Origin: Candidatus Levyibacteriota bacterium
GTDB lineage: Bacteria; Patescibacteriota; Microgenomatia; Levybacterales; UBA12049
Assembly (NCBI GenBank): GCA_003173895.1
Contig: PJMG01000002.1
Location: forward strand, 26,974 to 90,973
Length of the DNA: 64,000 bases
Direction: 5' to 3'
The notes under the pieces were generated by a model. That model did not search any database. It had not been told where the DNA came from and was given only the letters and a program-made list of their open reading frames with translations. A program made the translations under genes and the position numbers. Below, piece by piece: positions 28,820 to 38,143 of the stretch. Each line of letters starts with the position of its first letter. The stretch's first letter is position 1.

Positions 28820-29695
28820 ATGCACCAAATTTCTTGGGAAGATTCTATTTGGTTTTTCGATATTGATGACACCCTTATTACTACTACGACATCTGAGATT
28901 ACTCTTTTAGGTTCAAATGCTGTAAAAGATATGTTACTCAAACAATTTTCTGAGAAAGATGCAGAAAAATTAAGAAAAGATTTTGTTAATATTTTTAATA
29001 TTTTACTTGCGGGTCATAGGGGAAATCATACTCCTGAGTATCAGAATTTAATAAATAAAATTGATGCATATCAAGTGGATATAAAAAATGAATTTGGGGC
29101 TACTAAAAGATGGAGTCGAGAAATATTTCTAAAAATAGCTGCTGATAAAAATAATTTACAGATTCCTTCTGATTTATTAAATAAAACAATTAATTATTAT
29201 TGGAAATCTATTTCTGAAAATGCGGTAGTATTACCTCATGTAAAAGAGTTTATGGATTTATTAATTAAACATAATAAAAGAATTTATTTAGTTACAGGTA
29301 GTGATGCTAGGTTAGTTTTAAAAGATAATAATCAATTTTCTTATAATCCTATTTCTTCTGAGCAATTTAAACAAAGTCGCTTATTGCCCTTAAAAAATAA
29401 AGGTATTCCTTACACTTTTGCCTGTATTGGCGACCCAATCGATAAACCTCACAAAGTTTTATTTCAAAAGGCATTTCAAATGGCGCAGAAAGATTTAGGA
29501 CATAAAATTAATCCAAAGAGTGCCATTATAGTCGGGGATTCTTACTCCGCTGATTTAGCCACACCTCTGGAACAATTAAGCTTTGGCTTAGGAATACTAT
29601 ATAAAAACGGGCTAAAGAAAACAGAAGTTATAAGTGACAATCAAATAAATCTGGGAAACCTATTAGATATTACACAATTTTTAAAAACTCAGTGA
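28820..29695 (+). CDS. HAD-superfamily hydrolase
   Basis: FDIDDTL (motif I), VTGS, DKP, VGDSYSADL. Confidence 0.85.
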   Translation: MHQISWEDSIWFFDIDDTLITTTTSEITLLGSNAVKDMLLKQFSEKDAEKLRKDFVNIFNILLAGHRGNHTPEYQNLINKIDAYQVDIKNEFGATKRWSREIFLKIAADKNNLQIPSDLLNKTINYYWKSISENAVVLPHVKEFMDLLIKHNKRIYLVTGSDARLVLKDNNQFSYNPISSEQFKQSRLLPLKNKGIPYTFACIGDPIDKPHKVLFQKAFQMAQKDLGHKINPKSAIIVGDSYSADLATPLEQLSFGLGILYKNGLKKTEVISDNQINLGNLLDITQFLKTQ

Positions 29696-29743
29696 TCAAC
29701 TATTGCCTCTAAATACTAAATCCTTTATACTTAATACTAACTT

Positions 29744-30181
29744 ATGATTGATTTATCTAAGTTTAATAAAGCTACTTTTTCTACTCAACCTTACATAAAA
29801 AAAGTTGAAAAACCATGGGGATATGAACTTCACTGGGTACCAGAAGGCATGCCATATATGGGTAAAATACTCCATATTAATGCAGGTTGCAGACTTTCTC
29901 TTCAGGTTCATGATATCAAACAGGAATCCTACTGGCTTTTAAATGGGGATTGCGATCTCTTAATGGAAAATTCTCAAGGCGAAATGGAAGTAATTCATAT
30001 GCAAAAAGGCTTTGGTTATACTACTCATACAGGCCAAAAGCACCGCCACCAAGCAGTAACTGATTGTGACATAGTAGAAGTTTCCACTGCTGAGGCTGGA
30101 ACTACTGATAGATTAGAAGATGATTATGGTAGACCTGATGAAACTCCAGAGCAAAGAAAAATAGAACGTGGCGAAGTTTAA
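29744..30181 (+). CDS. Cupin protein (mannose-6-phosphate isomerase type II C-terminal-like)
   Basis: VEKPWGYE, RLSLQVH..KQE, HRH, EVST, RLEDDYGR. Confidence 0.85.
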   Translation: MIDLSKFNKATFSTQPYIKKVEKPWGYELHWVPEGMPYMGKILHINAGCRLSLQVHDIKQESYWLLNGDCDLLMENSQGEMEVIHMQKGFGYTTHTGQKHRHQAVTDCDIVEVSTAEAGTTDRLEDDYGRPDETPEQRKIERGEV

Positions 30182-30183
30182 TT

Positions 30184-30999
30184 ATGAATTATTCACCTGA
30201 AGCAAATTTTTTTAAAACAATTGCTCCTCAAATCATTAATTATGTATCTTCAGAGCTAAAAAATGTCTCGATAGTTAAGCAAAAAAGTGAAAATTTAGGA
30301 GAAATGAATTTTGTTACTCAAATTGATATTGAAGTAGAAAAAATGATAGTTGCTAAAATAAAAAAAGATTTTTCTACAGATCTAATACTCGCTGAAGAAG
30401 AATATACTGATACTAAAATTCCGGAAAAAGGACGAATTTGGGTTATAGATCCTATTTGCGGGACTGGAAATCTAGGTCGACAAATCTTACTTTTTGCTAC
30501 CAATATTGCATTAATTGAAGATAATCAATTAGTTGCAGCATGTGTAGTAGATCACCAGCAAAAAACTTATTATTGGAGCACAAGAGATAACAAAATTTAT
30601 AAAGAAAATGAACTTTATGATACTTCTAAAAAAGCTACTGGCACTATAATTGAAGTTGATTTATTCGCAGCGCAAACCAGATATGATAAGAATCTAAAAA
30701 TAGAATACGCTAATTTTATTAAAGAGCTTTATACTCAAACAGATTATGCTCTAATCACCTATAATTCTTCTTTTGGGTTTACTTATGCAGCTATTGGAAA
30801 AATTGATGGTTATGTTAGTCCAGATCATAATTTATGGGATGTAGCAGCACCTAATTTTCTTATGCTACAGGCAGGTGGAACTCTAACAGATATAAATGGA
30901 AATCCATGGAATTTTAATGCTAGATCAGTAATCGCTGCTAAGGATCCAGAGATTCATAAAAAGTTATTAAAAATATATTTAGAAAGTAAAAAAAATTAG
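30184..30999 (+). CDS. Inositol monophosphatase family protein
   Basis: VTQID..VE, AEE, WVIDPICGT, WDVAA, AGG. Confidence 0.85.
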   Translation: MNYSPEANFFKTIAPQIINYVSSELKNVSIVKQKSENLGEMNFVTQIDIEVEKMIVAKIKKDFSTDLILAEEEYTDTKIPEKGRIWVIDPICGTGNLGRQILLFATNIALIEDNQLVAACVVDHQQKTYYWSTRDNKIYKENELYDTSKKATGTIIEVDLFAAQTRYDKNLKIEYANFIKELYTQTDYALITYNSSFGFTYAAIGKIDGYVSPDHNLWDVAAPNFLMLQAGGTLTDINGNPWNFNARSVIAAKDPEIHKKLLKIYLESKKN

Positions 31000-31041
31000 C
31001 GCTTGCCCATTTTTTTAAATTGTTATAAATTATTAATTACT

Positions 31042-31251
31042 ATGTTAACGAAAAAAAATTTAGAACAAATTAGAAATATCATTTCACAAGAGGTTGAAAC
31101 AAAGCTTAAAAATGAATTAAAACCAATTAAGAAAAAATTAAATAATGTTTCTCAAGATTTATCTTACGTCATAAAATCGTTTGATGAAAGGATTTCACAT
31201 AGTGAAAGAGATATCAACATTATTAAACATCACATAGGAGTAATTCACTAA
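31042..31251 (+). CDS. Small coiled-coil hypothetical protein
   Basis: MLTKKNLEQIRNII...; heptad-like pattern; ATG at 31042 preferred over the TTG at 31003. Confidence 0.6.
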   Translation: MLTKKNLEQIRNIISQEVETKLKNELKPIKKKLNNVSQDLSYVIKSFDERISHSERDINIIKHHIGVIH

Positions 31252-31256
31252 AAATC

Positions 31257-32177
31257 ATGAACATACCCGATTTAGATGAAATTGTTTTAGAAACTTTAGA
31301 TTTTTTTAGTAAAAATCCACCACCTTCATTTAATCCTAAAGATTATGATCTTCCCTTTGTAGTAGGTTCAGGTAATGCATATAATACTGGCCTTATTATC
31401 TTTTCTGAGCAAGCAGCTATATTTGCAGATGAAAGCAATTTTAGAACTATTCTTCCTGCATTTGAAAAAGCAGTAACTAACAAACTCATAACTCAAGCCG
31501 TAATTATTTCTGCTTCTGGAGGAAAAGATTCTGTATGGGAAATTGAATTAGCTAAAAAATATGGTTTACAAACTACTCTTATTACTACTAAAGCTGAATC
31601 TCAAGCAGCTAAAATAGCAGATAAAATATTTGCCTTTAAATCAATTGATGAACCTTATACATATAATACTTCCACATATATGGGAATGATTTTAGGCGCT
31701 ACTCATGAAAATATCACTAATATTCAAGGAGCGATAAAATCTCTCAAATTCCCAGAGAATTTTAATGAGTATAAAAGTTATTCATTTGTATTACCAGATA
31801 AATTTTCAGCTATTTGTCCCATGCTAGATATTAAACGTCATGAATTATTCGGACCACAGGTATCTTTACGTGCCTTCCCTGAAGGACATGCCAGACATGC
31901 CAAATTCGTAATTAGAACTAAAAACGAATTAGTAATCTCAATTAATGAAAAGAATGAATTTTTTGGTGATCCAGAAAGTCGTTGGAATATTAGCTTAGAT
32001 CAAAATGTTAACTTCGCTATGATAATGGCAGTTACTTACTATATAGTAGGTAAAATACAAAAATCTAAACCACCTTATTTTAAAGAAAATATAGGTAATT
32101 ACGTTTCTGATTATGGACCTAAAGCTTACGGGCCTACCACTGCTCCATTTGATTTAATCGTTCCAGGATCTAAGTAA
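31257..32177 (+). CDS. SIS-domain sugar isomerase-like protein (PGI/PMI-like)
   Basis: VVGSGNA and ISASGG SIS phosphate-binding loops; sugar-phosphate gene context. Confidence 0.6.
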   Translation: MNIPDLDEIVLETLDFFSKNPPPSFNPKDYDLPFVVGSGNAYNTGLIIFSEQAAIFADESNFRTILPAFEKAVTNKLITQAVIISASGGKDSVWEIELAKKYGLQTTLITTKAESQAAKIADKIFAFKSIDEPYTYNTSTYMGMILGATHENITNIQGAIKSLKFPENFNEYKSYSFVLPDKFSAICPMLDIKRHELFGPQVSLRAFPEGHARHAKFVIRTKNELVISINEKNEFFGDPESRWNISLDQNVNFAMIMAVTYYIVGKIQKSKPPYFKENIGNYVSDYGPKAYGPTTAPFDLIVPGSK

Positions 32178-32234
32178 TATTAGATGCCAATTAACCTCCT
32201 TGTAAAAAATAATTTAAACTTGTAATCTAATATT

Positions 32235-34064
32235 ATGGATGATTTTATACTCACATTTAATCACATTTCCAATATTGATAAGAACTATTTAGGAAAAGAA
32301 ATTATAGAACAATCTACATTAGAACATGAAGGAATTATTATCAGTCCATCTATTATTTTAACTAACTCTGCACTTCTCTATTTTTTAAAGCAACAAAATA
32401 TTTTAGAGACACTAAATAATGAAAAAAATATTAAAAAAATAAAAACCATTTTTCATGATGCTAAATTTCCTGAAAATTTAGCCAAAAGAATTTTGGCACA
32501 TTATCATAAATTAGCAGGAGCTATAAAGGAATCTGAACTTAAACTTACTCCTTTTATTATTTATGGAGATCATGAAAAAGAATTAAATTCCACAGTAACT
32601 AAAGGAGAAGCTAATTTAGTTTTAGAAATTAAAGAAGTTTGGAGAGAATTTTTAGAAAATAATTATGTTACATTTGAAAATAATTTTACAGATAATAGAC
32701 CTAAAATTGTTATATTAATACAGAAAAAACCTAAGTTGGATTTAAAAGGTGAAATTTATACATCTAAATTCTTTAGGAACAGAAAAGTTATTGAAATAAT
32801 ATTAACTATTAAAGGTAAAAATAAAAAAATCATTCTTGATAAGCAAAATGAAGAAATAATAGAAGGAGAACAACTTAAAATATATAAGAAATATTTAAAT
32901 CAAATTTTTAATACTGCTAATAAAATAGATAAGCTTTTATATTTACCTAAAAAATGTGACTTTTATATTGAAAAGAATAAATTATTTATTACTCAGATTC
33001 TAGATGATTCTAGCTTTAGTAAAACAGTCGTAGAATCTGAAAAAGAAGATAGATTAATTTTAAGTGGTGAAAATATAAAACCAGGTTTGGTAAGTGGGAA
33101 AGCAGTTGTTTTTAATCATAAAATAAATCAAGCTAAAAATATTTTAATTTTAGATTTTTTTGGTCGCGAGGATTTAAAATACTTTAAAAACGCACTGGGT
33201 TTAGTTTTAACTAAAAAAGAAAATATTAGTTTACTTGAGAATTTACAGTTACCAATCATTTTTAGTAAAGAAGCAAAAAATAAAATAAAAAATGAAGATT
33301 TAATTACTATAAATGGGACTACTGGTGAAATTTTTAAAGGTGGATATATTCATCCTAAAATAATTGCTACAAATAATTATAAAACTGCAACTAAAATTTT
33401 AGTTAATTTAAATGATGAAAATATTAGTGATCTTATAAGGAATTTTTCAGATGGGATTTTTTATGAATCTACTTTTCAACCAGTTTCTCATTTTGAAAAT
33501 TTATCAAATAATGTTAATAAAAAAATTATTTATAGTCTTATTTCTGATGATACAAATTTAGAAAAAGAGTTAAAGATAATAAAATTATTAAGAAATAAAA
33601 ACAGATTAAATAATATTTCCATCTCTATATCTAACGCAAATACTATTGATGAAATTATAAATAATAAAAAAATAATTGCAGCAAATGGACTTTATAGAAG
33701 TCATACATTTGAAGAATTTTTAAAAATAAAAACTATTTCCGAATGCGAATCTTTTACAGAAATTTTAAATTTAAACTTTGATGGAATAATTTTTGATTTA
33801 AAAACTTTAACAAATTATTATTTTGGTGAAGACTTAGAAATATTAAAAGATAATCCTGAATTTGAAAATTTTATTTTAGAAACTATAAAACACTTTTCCA
33901 AAGATAATTTAAAACTTTTTATAGACTTAACAAAAGTAAGTATTTCTCATTATTTTTTAAATAAACTTATAACTATTGGCTTAACTGGATTTTTAGTTAA
34001 TAAGAGTGACTTTATAGATAAAAAAACTAAAATAAGAACTATAGAAAAGAAATTACTAGAATAA
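32235..34064 (+). CDS. Degenerate PEP synthase (PpsA)-like protein, probably catalytically inactive
   Basis: PpsA domain order recognisable (KGEANL, PGLVSGKA, ITINGTTGEIFKG, TATKILVNL, FDGI) but GGK, VRSS and the TSHAAI phospho-His motif are absent. Confidence 0.68.
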   Translation: MDDFILTFNHISNIDKNYLGKEIIEQSTLEHEGIIISPSIILTNSALLYFLKQQNILETLNNEKNIKKIKTIFHDAKFPENLAKRILAHYHKLAGAIKESELKLTPFIIYGDHEKELNSTVTKGEANLVLEIKEVWREFLENNYVTFENNFTDNRPKIVILIQKKPKLDLKGEIYTSKFFRNRKVIEIILTIKGKNKKIILDKQNEEIIEGEQLKIYKKYLNQIFNTANKIDKLLYLPKKCDFYIEKNKLFITQILDDSSFSKTVVESEKEDRLILSGENIKPGLVSGKAVVFNHKINQAKNILILDFFGREDLKYFKNALGLVLTKKENISLLENLQLPIIFSKEAKNKIKNEDLITINGTTGEIFKGGYIHPKIIATNNYKTATKILVNLNDENISDLIRNFSDGIFYESTFQPVSHFENLSNNVNKKIIYSLISDDTNLEKELKIIKLLRNKNRLNNISISISNANTIDEIINNKKIIAANGLYRSHTFEEFLKIKTISECESFTEILNLNFDGIIFDLKTLTNYYFGEDLEILKDNPEFENFILETIKHFSKDNLKLFIDLTKVSISHYFLNKLITIGLTGFLVNKSDFIDKKTKIRTIEKKLLE

Positions 34065-34075
34065 TTTAAAGAATT

Positions 34076-35329
34076 ATGGCAAAAATTAAAAATATACAAG
34101 CTAGAGAAATTCTGGCTGCAGATACTAAACCTACTATAGAAGTTTTCGTAGAGTTAAATGACGGAACTATTGCTAAATCATCTTGCCCTATAGGCTATAA
34201 AGCAGGCGAATATGAATCTTTTTCTATGTTTGAAAGAGATGATAATGGAGAAATCTTAAGTGTTAAAAAAGTAATTGAAAATATTACTAATATTATCGCT
34301 CCCAAATTAATAGGCCAAGAAGCTTCTAAACAACAGCAAATTGATCACATGCTTATAGAATTGGATGGTACTCAAAATAAAATTAAGCTTGGGGCAAATG
34401 CTATGCTAGCTACTTCTCAAGCTATAGCTAAAGCCAGCGCTAAAGTAGCTAAATTACCTTTATTTTTATATTTAAGAGAATTTATATCTAAAAATCCTCA
34501 GATTAGAATTCCAACGACTATTTTTTCTGCTATCGCGGGTAGTAAAAAAGTAAATTCTAACATAGATTTTGAGGAAATTTTAGTTTTACCTACTAGCAGT
34601 TCTTCTTTAGAAAATTCTATTAAATTATATAAAAAAATTAATCAAAAAATTTTAGATTATCTAAAATCAAAAAATGAAAAATTTCTCATTTCGCCTAGAG
34701 GAGCTTATTCTCCTAATGCACAAACCAATGAAGAAAGTTTATCTATTTTAAAAGAAATTATTTCAGATTGTGGATATCAATTAGGTTTTGATTTATTTTT
34801 GGGTGTAGATGCTGCAGCGGATAATTTTTATGAAGCTAAAAAATATAAATTGGCTGATAGAGAATCTTCATTAGATGCTAAAAGTTTAATCTCCTTTTAT
34901 GAAAGTTTGGTAACTGATTATCATATTCTTTATTTAGAAGATCCTATTTATGAACAGGACTTAGAGAGCTGGCAAAATCTAACTAATTCTATTTCTAGAA
35001 GCACAATAGTAGTTTCTGATCGCATGACGGCTACAAATTTATATCGTCTTCAAATGGCTTTAGACAAAAAATCTATCACAGGTATGTCTATAAAACCCAT
35101 TCAAACTGGTACTGTTATAGAAGCTTTAGCGACAGCCGAAGTGGCTAAAGCAGCGGGTATTAAAATCGTAGTTTCTTCTAGAACTTTTGAAACTGATGAT
35201 GATTTTATAGCAGACTTCGCAGTAGCAGTAGGTGCAGATTATATAAAATTTGGAGCTCCCACCCGTGGGGAACATATAGCTAAATATAATAGGCTTTCTA
35301 AAATTGAAGAACAAATTAAGATGCTATAA
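34076..35329 (+). CDS. eno: Enolase-like protein with active-site substitutions
   Basis: AREIL..PTIEV, LDGTQNK.KLGANA, GVDAAA, LEDP, IKP.Q.GT, ET.D..IAD.AV, AKYNRL. Confidence 0.82.
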   Translation: MAKIKNIQAREILAADTKPTIEVFVELNDGTIAKSSCPIGYKAGEYESFSMFERDDNGEILSVKKVIENITNIIAPKLIGQEASKQQQIDHMLIELDGTQNKIKLGANAMLATSQAIAKASAKVAKLPLFLYLREFISKNPQIRIPTTIFSAIAGSKKVNSNIDFEEILVLPTSSSSLENSIKLYKKINQKILDYLKSKNEKFLISPRGAYSPNAQTNEESLSILKEIISDCGYQLGFDLFLGVDAAADNFYEAKKYKLADRESSLDAKSLISFYESLVTDYHILYLEDPIYEQDLESWQNLTNSISRSTIVVSDRMTATNLYRLQMALDKKSITGMSIKPIQTGTVIEALATAEVAKAAGIKIVVSSRTFETDDDFIADFAVAVGADYIKFGAPTRGEHIAKYNRLSKIEEQIKML

Positions 35330-35432
35330 GATTTTATAATTTTAATTCTTACTACAAGAAATTTAATCCCACAAAGCAAATTTATTTCATGTTGTCCTTT
35401 ACAGAACAATCCTATAATGTTATAATTGTCTC

Positions 35433-36716
35433 ATGCCAGAAGTCACTAGAAGAAAACTCATAACAGGAACTGCTCTTTCTATTATAGCAGCAGAAACAGG
35501 CGTTATTTTAGGACAAAATCTAGAAAGTAATGCAAATTTTATCTTACCTCGTGAAACTATTGAGACTAACTTTAAAGATGGTTTGGAGCCTTGGTTAGAC
35601 ACATTTAATAGTGTCTCTACTCTAAGACGAAAATTAGGTGCTACTCCATCCTACTTTTACTTACGAAACGGTTCAAATATTTATAATGGAGAAGCATTAT
35701 TAGCAAAGATTGCTAGAGGAATTGCATCTACTCAGGAAAAAAATCTTTTGGCAGATGGATGGTTTAAAGAAGATATTATTAAGGTTAAAAAGGGAGATAT
35801 AATGGTCGAAACAGATAATTATGACCCTTTACTGGATAATATACGTGAACAACAGATTGAAAGAGTTCGGAACACAATTCAAATTATAATACCACCTGAA
35901 ACTAAAAACCCAATAGAGTATGAAAAGCAAATCAGAGATGCTTTAGCAGATTTTGCTTATATTGCTCCACAAATGATAGAAATGCTACCTAATACCATTA
36001 AAATTAGAAATGATATGGGAGGTTTAACTTACTATGATCAGGAATTAGTAGAACTTCCTTCATTTGAGAATAAAGAAGATTTCTGGGTAGCTCTTATTCA
36101 TGAAGCTAGACACCGAATAGAGTTTGTTTTATTAGAACATAAAAATATACTAGTAAAAGAACGTGTGGCTCAATATTTTAATACTAAATTACATGCTATC
36201 GACAGAATAGCAGAAACTTATTTACGGGCTACATGGTCAGCAGCAGAATGGTTTAAATTTGGATTTAATGATTTTATTCCTTATGACTCAAATATAGTTA
36301 ATAGTAGATATATATCAAACTTAGAAAATTACTTTAAACAAAAATATAATATTAAGTTACTTCCTAAGTATGATGGTGAAAGCGATGGAAATAGATATAA
36401 TCAATTAATTCATGCTGTAGGACAATTAGCTCTTAAAAAACCTGAAATTTTAGCAGATGATAAAATTACTAGTTTAATGCAAGTATTAGTAGACGAAATT
36501 TTCCACTTCTTAGTAGGCCCTGTACAAGGATCCAAATCTATTGGATTACCTTCTGATAAGAATCCTATCTCGAATCCTATGCATCCATATAACACTGCTA
36601 ATTTAGAAACTCAGTGGGAAGCATGGAATACATTTGGAGGAATTGATCTAGGAGGATTAGATGATGATTTCTTTAGTTTGATAAGGAGACTTCTTAAACT
36701 GGATCCTTGGTCATAA
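35433..36716 (+). CDS. Hypothetical exported protein with a twin-arginine-like N-terminus and an HExxH motif (possible zincin metallopeptidase)
   Basis: VTRRKLITG followed by a hydrophobic stretch; ALIHEARH. Confidence 0.5.
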   Translation: MPEVTRRKLITGTALSIIAAETGVILGQNLESNANFILPRETIETNFKDGLEPWLDTFNSVSTLRRKLGATPSYFYLRNGSNIYNGEALLAKIARGIASTQEKNLLADGWFKEDIIKVKKGDIMVETDNYDPLLDNIREQQIERVRNTIQIIIPPETKNPIEYEKQIRDALADFAYIAPQMIEMLPNTIKIRNDMGGLTYYDQELVELPSFENKEDFWVALIHEARHRIEFVLLEHKNILVKERVAQYFNTKLHAIDRIAETYLRATWSAAEWFKFGFNDFIPYDSNIVNSRYISNLENYFKQKYNIKLLPKYDGESDGNRYNQLIHAVGQLALKKPEILADDKITSLMQVLVDEIFHFLVGPVQGSKSIGLPSDKNPISNPMHPYNTANLETQWEAWNTFGGIDLGGLDDDFFSLIRRLLKLDPWS

Positions 36717-36733
36717 TTGACTACTGGAAAAAG

Positions 36734-37492
36734 TTAATTATTAAATAAAATTACAAACTCTCCTTTTGGTTTTTTATTTTTATAAGCAATTAACAACTCA
36801 GATATTTTTTCTTTCTTTACTTCTTCATAAACTTTAGTTAATTCACGAGCTATAACAATCTCAATATCTCCAAATATTTCCAGTAATGCTTCCAGGTTAC
36901 CAATAATTTTATAAGGCGAGGCAAAAAATATATTTGTAGTTTTTATTAATTTTTCAGATTCTTTTATATTTTCTAGCAGTTTTAATGCATGCGATTTTTT
37001 CTCTGGTAAAAATCCATAAAAAGAAAATTTATCAGTTGGCAATCCAGACACTGAGAGTGCTGAGATTACAGAAGATGGACCTGGAACGCTAACTACTTTT
37101 ATATTATTTATTAAACATTCTCGAACTAATTTAAATCCGGGATCAGAAATAAGAGGAGTACCTGCATCGGAAACTAAAGCCACATTTTTATCATTTAAAA
37201 GTAAATTTAACATCTCTGGAATTTTTCGCATTTCTACTTCATCATAAAAAGAAATCAAAGTAGGATTACTATCTGAAACGTTTTCGTCATTGCGAGCTTC
37301 GCCAGAGGCGGGCGTGGCAATCTTTTTTTTCAAATCAAACAACCAATTTTTTCTGATGTAATCTAATAGTAATCCTGTTTTTCTAGTATCTTCACAAGCA
37401 ATAACATTCACTGAAAATAAAGTTTGGACTGCTCTTAAAGTTAAATCACCCATATTGCCGATAGGAGTTGAAACAATATATAATATTCCCAT
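36734..37492 (-). CDS. rsmI: 16S rRNA (C1402) 2'-O-methyltransferase, with an in-frame palindrome-derived insertion
   Basis: LYIVSTPIGN, ACEDTR, LVSDAGTPLISDPG, PGPS, ARELTK..EE, KGEFV. Confidence 0.95.
   Translation of the reverse strand: MGILYIVSTPIGNMGDLTLRAVQTLFSVNVIACEDTRKTGLLLDYIRKNWLFDLKKKIATPASGEARNDENVSDSNPTLISFYDEVEMRKIPEMLNLLLNDKNVALVSDAGTPLISDPGFKLVRECLINNIKVVSVPGPSSVISALSVSGLPTDKFSFYGFLPEKKSHALKLLENIKESEKLIKTTNIFFASPYKIIGNLEALLEIFGDIEIVIARELTKVYEEVKKEKISELLIAYKNKKPKGEFVILFNN
37285..37323 (+). repeat. CGTC-type REP-like palindromic element inside rsmI, with a nested CGCC-AGA-GGCG hairpin
   Basis: CGTCATTGCGAGCTTCGCCAGAGGCGGGCGTGGCAATCT; GC-rich island in AT-rich DNA; ATTGC/GCAAT arms; read as IATPASGEARND in RsmI. 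Confidence 0.8.
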
Positions 37493-37493
37493 A

Positions 37494-38102
37494 ATGAACT
37501 TTATTATACAGTTTATTTCTCATTTCGGATACTTTGCCGTATTTATTTTCATGACTATGGAATCTGCATTGATTCCTATTCCTTCAGAAGTTACACTTCC
37601 CTTCGCTGGTTTTTTAGCTCAAAATGGTCATCTTAATTTATTTGTAGTTATGATTGTGGCTATTTTAGGCGATTTAGTAGGAACTTCTATTCTTTATGCT
37701 ATAGGAGTTTTTTTAGAAGAAGAAGTAATTATTAGACTTATAGATAAATATGGCAAATTTATTTTAATATCCAAACATGAATATACGAAACTCATGGAAT
37801 GGATTAATAAACGGGGATCAATCATAATTACAGTCGGAAAACTTTTACCTGGATTTAGGAGTATCATTGGTTTACCAGCTGGCCTTTCAGAAGTATCTTA
37901 TGTTAAAACTTTAATTTTTACACTTATAGGTTCTGTTATTTGGTGTGTATCTTTCGTATTATTAGGTCTTATTTTAGGTAAAAACTGGGAAATTTTAGAT
38001 CCAATATTTAAAAAATTTGAATTAGTAATAATCTTAGCAGTAGTTTTAGCAGCACTCTGGTATATCAACCACAAATTAAAAATAATAAAGTTTAAAAAAT
38101 AA
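37494..38102 (+). CDS. dedA: DedA family membrane protein
   Basis: ESALIPIPSEV..PFAG, GKLLPGFRS..GLPAG; start moved to the ATG at 37494. Confidence 0.9.
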   Translation: MNFIIQFISHFGYFAVFIFMTMESALIPIPSEVTLPFAGFLAQNGHLNLFVVMIVAILGDLVGTSILYAIGVFLEEEVIIRLIDKYGKFILISKHEYTKLMEWINKRGSIIITVGKLLPGFRSIIGLPAGLSEVSYVKTLIFTLIGSVIWCVSFVLLGLILGKNWEILDPIFKKFELVIILAVVLAALWYINHKLKIIKFKK

Positions 38103-38143
38103 TCACTTTACATCTACTTAAATTTTCATATATAATTCCTTCC

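Noticed and set aside
32235-34064. Calling the PpsA-like gene a pseudogene
   Set aside because: 609 codons without a stop or frameshift in very AT-rich DNA suggests selection to keep the frame
37455-37493. DedA start at TTG 37455 overlapping rsmI
   Set aside because: The extension is just the antisense of the rsmI start; the ATG at 37494 gives a typical DedA N-terminus
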